A DNA stretch of 64,000 bases, taken from Heptranchias perlo (Eukaryota). The stretch covers positions 23,436,001-23,500,000 of the forward strand of contig NC_090358.1 in assembly GCF_035084215.1 (NCBI RefSeq), given 5' to 3'. Positions 37,197 through 48,449 of the stretch are shown in pieces (positions within the stretch are counted from its first letter, which is position 1; each line of letters begins with the position of its first letter). A model generated the notes under the pieces. The model ran no database searches, had not been told where the DNA came from, and was given only the letters and a program-made list of their open reading frames with translations. The translations under genes were made by a program, and so were the position numbers.

Positions 37197-37205
37197 ATAT
37201 ATATA

Positions 37206-37246
<41 letters not shown>
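37197..37246. repeat. Compound (AT)n(GT)n(AT)n microsatellite
   Basis: Seen directly. Confidence 0.95.
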
Positions 37247-37247
<1 letters not shown>

Positions 37248-38438
37248 AAGTTTAAATTCATGTCTCCATTAATCTGTATAAATCTCCAGTTACTGATATT
37301 AACAGGTCTTGGCATTCCAATTTAGGATTTATTCACCAATGAGGCAATAGCTTTAAGAACAGCTTCCACCAAAGTCATGCTGGACAACTAGCAGATAAGA
37401 AGTTTTAGTGCAAAATCGGATTGAACTATCTGAGCTTCAAAAGACAGATTTCCAGGGTAGATGAGGGTCACAGATTGGAAACCTCTCGAGTAGATTATAA
37501 CTTAGATTTTATGATTGTGGTTATTGTATCCCTGGCATTAACCCATTCATTTTAAGATAATGCCGATCGGAAAACCTAGGCTTATTTGTTCTTATGGTGG
37601 GCTACTTTAGTTTATATATTTAAGAACATAAGCAGCTCCTGCAAACATGCAATTTAAAATAATAACTGGTACTAATTTCCCCTGAAAGCTCCCCTCTCTC
37701 CAATTTGGGCTGATTTGGATTTAAGAATTCTCTTTTAAGGTTGACCAAATAATAACTACAGAATTTCCATTTCCCAGACAACGTCTGATTTATGTTTGCA
37801 GCTTGCTGTAATTTACAAGATGACATTTTTTACATAATATCTTTTGGTGGTTCATTTTTTTTGTAGCCTTTCTAAACAGCCTGAGATGTTTGTTTCTAAT
37901 ACCTTAATGGACAGCACTCAGTTGCTTTCCTTGATGTAGTACTGTATGTTCATCCTCTGCCCTAATAGGATTCACTTTGTCAGATAGCATTCATGTTTTA
38001 TATTAAAATAATTATCTTTCACATCCTTAATGTATTAAACACAGTTGGACCTCCAATATTTGTAATAATGGAGGAGACCCCCGCCCATCTCCTGTGGGTA
38101 ATGGAAATTGGGGATTATTAAAGAGCCCCCAAATTTTGGTCTTGCCACATGTGCTGTATCAATGCCTTGGGCATGGGAATGAAGATAGGCCAGAATTTGC
38201 TGAAAGCATGCATCGTAATAATGGCGTATCTACGGCGTGCGCCGTCATTATAGTGAAAACATTCCAGGAAATTATGGCGTGAGTGTCTTATGCCATTAGT
38301 TACACCACGCCATAATTTCCTGGGACTTTTGCCCTGCTCCACAGAGACACTCACTGAAAAGGTTGAATAGCTAATCATCAAGGCCCCCCCCTACCCCCAT
38401 TAAAATCAATGGCGAGATCGAGTTTCCTGAATTAATGC

Positions 38439-41400
38439 AGGACATTCTGAAGGGGGAGGGTGAACAGCCAGAGGTCGTGGTCCATATCGGTACCAACTAC
38501 ATCGGTTTAAAAAAAAGGGATGAGGTCCTGCAAGCAGAATATAGCGAGTTAGGAAATAAATTAAAAAGCAGGACCTCTAAGGTAGTAATCTCAGGATTAC
38601 TCCCAGTGCCATCTGCTAGTGAGAGCAGAAATAGGAGAATAGACCAGATAAATGTGTGGCTTGGGAGATGGTGTAGGAGGGAGGGGTTTAAATTCCTGAG
38701 GCATTGGGACCGGTTCTGGGAAAGGCGGGACCTGTACAAACTGGACGGGTTGCACCCAAGCAGAACCGGGACCAATATCCTCGCGGGGGCATTTGCTAAT
38801 TCTGTTGGGGAGGGTTTAAACTGGTATGGCAGGGGGATAGGAACCAAAGGGCAGGTACAGATAGGACAAATTCAGACCAGGAAACAGGAAGTAGAAAAGC
38901 AGTTAGTGATGTAGTTAGCGACTCAGAAAGGCAAAAGAAGCAAAGGTTCAATAGTGTTCAGCACAGGAATTTGACGGGGTTAAAGGGTAAATACTTCAAT
39001 GCAAGGGAGTATTACAAACAAAGCAGATGAGCTAAGGGCACAGATAGATACATGGCAGCATGATATCATTGCTATAACGGAAACCTGGCTTAAAGAGGGG
39101 GTAATTGGCAGCTCAATATCCCTGGATATAGAGTTTTCAGGCAGGATAGAGTGGGTGATAAAAAAAGGAGGGGGGGGTAGCATTATTGGTTAAAGAATCA
39201 ATTACAGTTGTGAGAAGGGATGATATGCTAAATGGATCATCAATTGAGGGCATATGGGTTGAACTAAGAAATAAAAAAGGGGCAGTCACACTACTCGGAG
39301 TGTACTATAGACCCCCGAATAGCGAAAGGGAGTTAGAAGAACAAATATGTAGGTAAATTTCTGAGTGCAAAAATAAGAGGGCAATAATAGTAGGGGACTT
39401 CAACTACCCTAACATCAACTGGGATTCAAACAGTGTGAGGGGCATAGAGGGTGCAAAATTCTTGATCAGTGTCCAGGAGAACTTTTTTAGCCAGTACGTG
39501 ACAAGCCCAACAAGAGGGGATGCAATTCTAGATTTAGTCCTGGGAAATGAAGATGGGCAAGTGGGTGAAGTGACAGTGGGTGACCATATTGGGGATAGTG
39601 ACCACAATTCAGTTAGTTTTAGCAATATTATAGAAAAGGGCAGAGTTAAATCAAGAGTAAACGTTTTAAATTGGGGGAAGGCAAATTTTACAGAACGAAG
39701 AGGTGGTTTGGCAGAAGTGGATTGGACACAACTACTTGAGGAGAAATCAGTGGCAAGCCAGTGGGAGGCACTAAAATGTGAAATTCTACGGGTACAATGC
39801 AGACACGTCCCCTCAAAGAAAAAGGGTGGCACTGCCAAATTTAGAGCCCCCTGGTTGTCTCGAAGTATACAGAGCAAGATAAAGCAGAAAAAGAAAGCTT
39901 ATGAATGTCACAGAAAACTAAATACTGCAGAAAGCCTAGAGGAGTATAGAAGGTACAGGGATGACAGGAAATAAGGAAAGCAAAGAGAGGGCATGACAAA
40001 ATATTAGCTAGTAAGATTAAAGAAAACCCAAAGATGTTTTATCAGTACATTAAGAACAAGAGGATAGCTAAGGAAAAGGTGGGATCTATCAGGGATGATA
40101 AGGATAACTTGTGTGTAGAAGCAGAGGATGTGGGTAGGGTTTTAAATGAATATTTTGTCTCCATATTCACAAAGGAAAGGGATGATCCAGACGTAGTAGT
40201 TAAAGAGGAGAGGTGTGAAATATTGGATAAGGTAAACATAACGAGAGAGGAAGTACTAGAGGGACTGGAATCCTTGAAAGTTGATAAGTCACCAGGGCCG
40301 GATGGATTGTTTCCTAGGCTATTGAAGGAAGCCAGGGAGGAAATAGCGGATGCTCTGAGGATCATTTTCCAATCCTCACTCGCTACAGGGGAGGTACCGG
40401 AGGACTGGAAGACGGCAAACGTAGTACCATTGTTTAAAAAGGGTACGAGGGAAAGGCCGAACAATTATAGGCCGGTCAGTCTTACCTCGGTGGTGGGCAA
40501 ACTATTAGAATCAATACTGAGAGATAGGATAAACTGTCACTTGGAAAGGCATGGTTTAATCAGGGATAGTCAGCATGGATTTGTTCAGGGAAGGTCATGC
40601 CTTACAAATCTGATTGAATCCTTTGAGGAAGTGACAAGGAGGATTGATGAGGGTAGTGCAGTGGATGTTGTCTACATGGATTTTAGTAAGGCATTTGACA
40701 AGGTCCCACATGGCAGACAGGTCAGAAAGGTAAAAGCCCATGGGATACAGGGAAATGTGGCGAATTGGATCCAAAATTGGCTCAGTAACAAGAAACAAAG
40801 GGTAAAAGTCGATGGATGTCTTTGCGAATGGAAATCTGTTTGCCTTACTAAAATCCATGTAGACAACATCCACTGCACTACCCTCATCAATCCTCCTTGT
40901 CACTTCCTCAAAGGATTCAATCAGATTTGTAAGGCATGACCTTCCCTGAACAAATCCATGCTGACTATCCCTGATTAAACCATGCCTTTCCAAGTGACAG
41001 TTTATCCTATCTCTCAGTATTGATTCTAATAGTTTGCCCACCACCGAGGTAAGACTGACCGGCCTATAATTGTGTGCCACAGGGCTCAGTGCTGGGTCCC
41101 TTGCTGTTTGTGGTATATATTAATGATTTGGACTTGAATGTAGGGGGCATGATTGGCAAATTTGCAGACAACACAAAAATTGGCCGTGTAGTTGATAGTG
41201 AAGAGGATAGCTGTAGACTCCAAGAAGATATCAATGGGTTGGTGGAGTGGGCGGAAAAGTGGAAAATGGAGTTCAACCCGGAGAAGTGTGAGGTAACGCA
41301 CTTCAGGAGGGAAAACAGTAAAAGGAATACGCAGTAAACGGGGATATATTGAGAGGGGTAGAGGAAGTGAGAGACCTTGGAGTGCATGTGCACAGGTCCC

Positions 41401-42083
41401 TGAAGGTGGCAGTACAGGTAGATAAGGTTGTGAAGAAGGCATACGGAATGCTCTCCGTCATTAGCCGAGGTATGGAATACAAAAGCAGGGATGTAATGAT
41501 GGAACTGTATAAAACGCTGGTAAGACCACAGCTGGAGTATTGTGCGCAGTTCTGGTCACCACATTACAGGAAGGACGTAATTGCTGTGGAGGGAGTGCTG
41601 AGAAGATTTACAAGAATGTTGCCAGGGCTTGAAAGTTGCAGCTACGAGGAGAGATTGGATAGGCTGGGGTTGTTTTCCTTGGAACAGAGGAGGCTGAGGG
41701 GAGACTTGATTGAGGTGTACAAAATTATGAGGGGCCCGGATAGAGTAGACAGGAAGTACCTGTTTCACCTAGCAGAGAGTTCAAGAACTGGAGGACATAG
41801 ATTTAAGCTGATTGGCGGAAGGATTAGAGGGGACACGAGGAAAAACTTTTTTACCCAGAGGGTGGTGGTTGTATGGAATTCGCTGCCCGAATTGAAGGTA
41901 GAGGCAAGGACCCCCAACTGTTTTAAAAAGTACCTGGACCTGCACCTAAAGTGCTGTAAGCTGCAGGGTTATGGACCGGGTGCTGGAAGGTGGGATTAGA
42001 ATGGGCACCTGGTTGTTCTCCGAGCTGGCGCGGACACAGTGGGTCGAATGGCCCCCTTCTGTGTTGTATCTTTTCTATGGTTC
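38439..42083 (+). mobile_element. CR1 LINE: ORF1 esterase C-terminal half + ORF2 (APE + RT), with stops/frameshifts and an internal inverted duplication
   Basis: VVVHIGTN..VISGLLP..DGLH (SGNH-type ORF1); IAITETWL, GDFNYP, SDHNSV (APE); [31 protein letters not shown] (RT). TSD TAATGC (38433-38438, 42084-42089). Confidence 0.95.
40841..41073 (-). repeat. 233-bp inverted duplicate of 40461-40693
   Basis: Starts TGCCTTACTAAAATCC and ends GGCCTATAATTGT, i.e. the reverse complement of ACAATTATAGGCC...TTTTAGTAAGGCA. Confidence 0.93.
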
Positions 42084-43479
42084 TAATGCCACTGAGATCG
42101 CCACAGACACTTAGACCGTTGCAGGTGGCCTCAGTAAGTTTGATGTAATCACAGGAATCATAGTTTACTGTGTAATTTAGGTAATAATTGTGTTGCCCTC
42201 ATTAGGTTCTTTTTAAAATTATTCTGTGTGGCAGTTCTAACCATGTTTAGGGTCAATGGTTCAAAGTGCAAAGCAACAGAAATTATGCATCTGGGCGAGT
42301 GGGTTGTCAGTTCTTAGCCTTAAACTACCATCCGAATGTGACTTTTTAAATATGTAATTCAGATCATTAATCCTATGCGTTGTGAATGTAGTTATTGGTA
42401 ATTACAATGTGCCCATATACACTTTATTACAATCCAAGTAACAAGTCAGAAATAGCACTGGGATTACAGACTGCTTGAGCAACTGAAGACTAAATGCCTC
42501 TGGTTTCCGTATTGTTCCTACAACCTCAATGGGAAGTGGGGAGTCACTGCTCTATCTAGTTAACTAACCAGACAGATATAAAAACAGTCCTTAAGATGAA
42601 TCAGCTCTCTGTAACTTGAATTTGTGCTTGTTTCTGCCCATCAGTTCAACCTTTCAATGTCTATTTTAAACACTTCCGGGCCTGAGTCGCATCACATCCA
42701 AAGGGTTTTTACTTTGGCCGTTGGCCGTGCCGTTCCTGATTCCCCGCTGTGCTCGCTGCGATGAATTCTGATTATTTTTCCAGCAACTTGTGGCCTGAGC
42801 TCACCGCTGCAGGGTCAAGGGGCACAACGGTCTATAACATATGGCGTTCGTCGCCAATATCGCCATTGTGGCGAATTTCTGCCCATCGAATAGTTTTGCG
42901 GTATTGTGCATGTTCTGGTCCTGTGATAATTCTGACGAATAATCAGATGAGTGGATTAATGCAGTGCAGCTAACGGAGGTTCCACTATAGGATAGAGGCT
43001 GCAGATAAACCTATGATACAGCTGCTAAACACGTAAAGCCGGCACAAATATGTTTGCACAAAATGAAACAATTTGTCTTTCAGGCATCCCTCTCACTTCT
43101 CCAGTATTAATTAGTTCTGGGAATCAGATTTTTTTTTTGCCCTGATATCATCAGGGCTGCCTCCCCAATCCCCACTCCACTGGCTGTACTATGAGTAAAG
43201 ATTCTGCACGATACCTGCTTTTTCCACCAAAATTTGAAGACTCTTCTCCGAGTTCCCAGAGTCTACTCGATTTCCAGAGCCAGGTCCTGCAGGCTTTAGA
43301 AGAGACAAGTACAGTTTTTTAGCTTTTGTTCTACTTTTATCTGTTCCCCTTCTAGTTGATTCCTTGCATGCACTAGGCTTTCTTAATTAATCTGGCAAAA
43401 CACCCCAATTTGGGCAAAAACTCCATCGTCCTCAACATCTGTCAGAGTGCTACCTCCTCATGCTTTCAGTAGGCCTGGT

Positions 43480-43715
43480 CTTTACTCAGAAAGTCGTGAG
43501 AATGTGGAAGTTGCTACCACAAGGTGTAGTTGAGGCGAGTAGCATCGATACATTCAAGGGGAAGTTAGATAAGTACATTAGGGAGAAAGGAATAGAAGGA
43601 TATACTGATAGGGTGAGAAGAAGTACGGTGGGAGGAGACTCGTGTGGAGCATAAACACCGGCATAGACCTGTTGGGCCAAATGGCCTGTTTCTGTGCTAT
43701 AAATACTATGTAATG
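43480..43715 (+). mobile_element. CR1 3' terminal fragment
   Basis: FTQKVVRMWKLLP..FKGKLDKY and 3' UTR GGGCCAAATGGCCTGTTTCTGTGCT. Confidence 0.85.
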
Positions 43716-44779
43716 CTATAGTCTTTTAAACGTTAATACTTGAGATTCTCAGGAAATGTAGTTGGTGTCTCTTTTGTTGATATTTCCAGAATAAATCTCT
43801 TTCAAAATAGGTAGGTGGGTGGTTTCCCCCCCAAGATGGAACTTGGGATCTATACTTTTCCCCTTAGACCCAGCCTTGTAGATACACACACAAAATATAG
43901 AGCTTAGTTTTGATCACAATTCCAGGCTCCGGCACTAGGACACAATATGATTCGAGTAGGGAGACAAGGATGCACCATTTTGATCACTGCTGTTGTGCCT
44001 AAGATACTTGGCAGGAAAAAATAGCACTAACTGGGCGAGTTCTGTATCCGTCGGTTCAAACCTAGACCCCAGTAAGTAGTGTATTCTATAGCATGCTAAA
44101 AGAGAAATGTTCACACATATTTCCACTCTCAGATTATTGGGGGAAGGGGGTGTTGCACAAGACCTTTTACCCAATTCCAGTTGCCTGGTGGGGAATGAAA
44201 TAAAGTAAACCAAACTAAGCAAGAAAAGATTTCACAGAGACCGACAATATTGCGAATCACCAATATTAAACCATAATTAAGAGACATTGCTGGACTGGAT
44301 GAATTTCTACTCAAATCGATTACCAGTAGTGCTCTTGCCTGATCCATGACTTTGGTCTAGGGAGGCGTGGCTGCTTCTGTTGGTTCAAAAGTATGAAATA
44401 GTGCAAGAGCTATGATAATCTCATTTTAGTTGTAAATAGTCTTGAGAATTGCTGTAATTGTATCTCCTCAACTCACGATCAGTTGAGCTGACAAATTTGT
44501 AGAGGTTTTCTTAGTTAGATCTGATGACCTAAATTAACAGATTGGTGCACCAAATACGAAGTACATGTTCTAAGAAACTTAAAAATTCCAACCACACTGT
44601 GCTGGATCATTCTAGTCAGAACTAACCTCCCTCAGCTAAAAGCGAAAGTCTTGCAGGCATCCGTCAGCCTCTTGGTTTTTGCAGACTATTAGAATGCTCC
44701 CATCTGACTAATATCAGCATGTCGGGGCAAAACTCCCAACTCCGGGTCTATTGCTCATCGGTACCACTTATTTATTCTA

Positions 44780-45130
44780 TAGCTCAGTGATGCCACCCAC
44801 CCTCATCTCTGAATCAGAAGATCGTGGGTTCATACCTCACTTCAGAGACTTGAGCACATAATCTAGGTTGACACTCCCAGTGCAGTACTGAGGGAGTGCT
44901 GCCCTGTCAGAGATGCTGTCTTACGGATGAGAAGTTAAACTGAGACCCCGTCTGCCCGCTCAGGTGGACGTAAAAGATCCTATGGCATTATTTTGAAGAA
45001 GAGCATGAGGAGTTCTCCCCAGTGCCCTGGCCAATATTTATCTCTCACTAAAACCAAGATCACTAAAACAGATTATCTGGCCATTATCTCATTGCTGTTT
45101 GTGGGACTTTTCTATGTGCAAATTGGCTAC
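44780..45130 (+). mobile_element. DeuSINE-like SINE (3'-truncated)
   Basis: Aligns with 9542-9880. Confidence 0.8.
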
Positions 45131-45856
45131 GTTCATAATATTTATTATACATAGTATAATAATATGCATGATATTTTGTTCTAATGAGGTAGCGAGTGAG
45201 CTTTACTGAGTGGCTTTGGTTACGGATGGTCCTGAAGTTTGATTCTGCAGCACAGCAGTATTGGTGTGGACCGCCATACTTTTCTGTTTTGTTCGGTGCC
45301 TGGTATATTTTGGTAGTGCAACCAGTTAGGGTACACCATGCTCCATATGCCAGGTCTCTGAGCTTTTTGGGAGTGGTCGTGCACTGACCAGATGCTGAAA
45401 TTGGTCCAGGAGCGGGGTCCAGATTTCAAAGAATTTCATGTGGATCAGCCTCTGGGAGTATCTGATATTCTCAGATTGGGCTAATCATAGTTTTTATGTT
45501 TTGATCATTTTCTGCCTCTTATTCTAGATACTTTGACTTTTGTACTTTTACACTACTTTGATAGGTGAGCCTTAGTTCCCTTGATTGCATATTGGCCCTG
45601 ATAAGTTTCTAATAGCGTGCTCAAATCAATAAACAGAAAATCTTTCTGTTAATTACTTTAGCAACCTATCCTGTGTCTCCACAGGAATTTTCGTCAGTCT
45701 TCAAAAAGCAGCAGAGCATCACAACATCAGACCTAGTTTTGACTTTTAACTATCAAGTGAATTTGTGGAACACAAGAGAAGCAAGCAATTTTGCATCAGT
45801 GCTTATGTCCTGTCAACTGTGTTATTATACATTCCTATGACTCCATTTATAATAGA

Positions 45857-45968
45857 AACTGCCTGTGTAAACTTGTAAAGCTGTAAACATCCTCCCCCCA
45901 GTGGTGCTGCAGCACCATCACTGGCAGGAGGCTGTAATTACAGCGTGACAAGTTTACATAAGCAAGTT
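45857..45968. repeat. ~110-bp imperfect palindrome (probable small MITE)
   Basis: TGTAAACTTGT..GCTGTAA..CCTCC..CCAGTG GTGCTGCAGCAC ..CACTGG..GGAGG..TTACAGC..ACAAGTTTACA. Confidence 0.7.
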
Positions 45969-46369
45969 CCATTATAATGTGTGCATAGGGAATTTGTAGT
46001 GGAATTTAAAAAATGACAGAATGTTTGACTTTAAAATGGGGATGGAATTTCACCCGAAGACTACACTTGGTCTTGACTCTTCATGTGTGACGTCATGGGA
46101 GAGTGACTAGTGTGTGTGTGTGTGTGTGTTTTTTAGATATAAAATCAGTAAATAACTCCTCAAATGAAAAATATTAAAAGATCACAATCTATATGCTGAG
46201 CTATTTTTTGGATAACTTTTATAAACAAAATTTTTTTCCTTAGTTTTTTTCTAATCACTGGAGCTGGATTGTGTAATTTCTCTGTCTGAAAGTTCCAACT
46301 GATGACTTGACTCTACTCAGCACAAGTCTGCTGGCTAAACAGCTTTAGCTCACTAATTATGACAACAGC

Positions 46370-46710
46370 AGCTACTTGTATTTATATAGCGCCTTTAAGG
46401 CGCTTCACAGGAGCGTTATCAAACAAAATTTGACACCGAGCCACAAAAGGAGATATTAGGACAGGAAGAGGTTGGTTTTAAGGAGCATCTTAAAGGAGGA
46501 GAGAGAGGTAGAAATGTGGAGAGGTTTAGGGAGGGAGTACCAGAGCTTAGGGCCTACACAGCTGAAGGCACAGTGGGGTGGAGGAAATCAAGGATGCACA
46601 AAAGGCCAGAATTGGAGGAACGCAGAGTTCTTGGAGGGTTGTACGACTGGAGAAGGCTACACAGATAGGGAGGGGTGAGGCCATAGAGGGATTTGAACAC
46701 AAGAATAAGA
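46370..46710 (-). mobile_element. L2-type LINE 3' end
   Basis: ILVFKSLYGLTPPYLCSLLQSYNPPRTLRSSNSGLL in ORF 46554-46754; tail GGCGCTATATAAATACAAGT. A similar remnant lies at ~6340-6520. Confidence 0.85.
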
Positions 46711-47588
46711 AGCAGGGGGTGAGGGATTCCTGGATGTGAATAAGTATCAGTCAATTCAAAAGTAACTGGTTGTTATACACTTAACTGAGCAAATCACACA
46801 TCAGGGAGGGAGGGTCACATGCCTATGATGGAGTTCGGCTGAATTTTCTTCCAGTAACGTGCATGGAAAGAAAATTGGGTGGGCTCCATTACAAGCATGC
46901 GTTCTTCCTGCCTGATTTTCCTCCACGCTGCGCCCAGGTAATACTTTATGACCAGGCAATACAGTCAAAAATCTGCCCACTGATGTCTTGTGATTGAGTT
47001 AAAGGAACCTATACTTATACCAAGCTACAAGAAGATGAAAATAATTCATTTTTGTTACAATACTGTCTTGACCAACACTAACGGGATGGAGGGGGAGGTT
47101 TTCTCCTGCCCGCGTCTCAGTGGGGATACATTGATGACTGCAGTTACTGAGACGCCTAAAAACTATGTTGGGAACCAAGGGAGTCATGAGGGAGGGGCTC
47201 AGGAGGCAGTGCACTGAGTCTGGTTTAGTTGTGAACTTGGTGTAGGAACTTGAAAAACTATACTTCAGTTTGTCAGTCAATAGCAGCATTTCTATATTGA
47301 TCACACATGCAGGAATAAAGGATGTGCTTGTGTTCTGGCACCAGGCCTTCCATCATCAAACTAACCCAGGTCTCTACCTACCAATGGCATCACTTTTTTC
47401 CATGGTAACATTTTTTAAATGGGATTATATATATTGTATGTTTGTCACTGGAATTGACCCTGGACAAATGTGGAGACTGGTGGGACCAATTACTTTACTC
47501 TTTTTATACTTTTTAATAAAATATAAGAACAGAATTATTTTATGTTATTGAAGGCACCAAGTGAAACAATTTCAAGGGAGGTTTCTGT

Positions 47589-47996
47589 CATAAGAACGTA
47601 AGAAATAGGAGCAGGAGTAGGCCATATGGCCATTCGAGCCTGCATCGCCATTCAATAAGTTCATGGCTGACCTACATCAATTCCGCTTTCCTGCCCTATC
47701 CTCATATCCCTGGATTCACTTAGTGTCCAAAAATCTATTGATCTCAGTCTTGAATATACTCACTACTGCCTTTATCTCATCCTTTATTATCAGGGCTACC
47801 CCCCCCCCCACCCCCCCCCCCCCCCACAATCCTTTTTCATCTTCCCTATCTTTTCTAAAAGTCAAGTATCCTGGAATATTTAGTTCCCAACCTTGATCAC
47901 TCTGCAACCACGTCTCAGTAATGGCTACTAGATCAAACCCATTTACCTCTACTTGTGCCATTAATTCATCTATCTTGTTATGAATGCTTCGTGCAT
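47589..47996 (-). mobile_element. CR1 remnant: APE N-terminus fused directly to the 3' UTR
   Basis: NARSI..DLVAITETWL..IPGYLTFRKDR..GGGVALIIK joined at ~47760 to FKTEINRFLD + 3' UTR. Confidence 0.85.
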
Positions 47997-48449
47997 TCAG
48001 ATATAAGATTCGTTATTTAAGGAAGTCAGAATTATGTATGTTGGCTCCTTCATGAAGTCAATGAAAGAGATCCTACCAATAATGCAGATCAGGAATAATA
48101 AAAGCATTTTGTAATAAACGTTTGCGTAGCAGGGTACTGTATTTGGCTGATGTATTAATGAAGGTCCTTGTGCATCAGAGGTCAAAAGCCATCTGATAGC
48201 ATCCTAATGAGCAGATTGTGAGGGAAAATTTCCCCTACGCACTATGTGCAACAAATGGATGAATAAAGAATGGATTTATGATTTTGTTATACATAGTGGA
48301 CAGAGGAAACTTTTTCCAACTGTATTTAATGCATAAACATTTTAAAAATGTTATGCTAAACTGTAAATGTTATCTTTCCTTCTTTAGATCAAAAAATCAT
48401 GATGTTTAAACATGACATTGATTAATCGACCTATAAACTCCATTTTCCA

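Larger units (their letters stand above)
38188..42884. mobile_element. Harbinger-like MITE (family of 6724-7688) interrupted by a CR1
   Basis: Left end GGCCAGAATTTGC..CCAGGAAATTATG..TTTCCTGGGACTTTTG and right end CCAATATCGCCATTGTGGCGAATTTCTGCCC match 6724-7688. Confidence 0.7.

Noticed and set aside
37450-37485. GTAGATGAGGGTCACAGATTGGAAAC as another hammerhead
   Set aside because: Core CUGANGA and stem II pairing are absent, and there is no PLE context.
40034-41080. Overlapping sense and antisense RT ORFs suggesting a bidirectional retroelement gene
   Set aside because: Artefact of the 233-bp inverted duplication.
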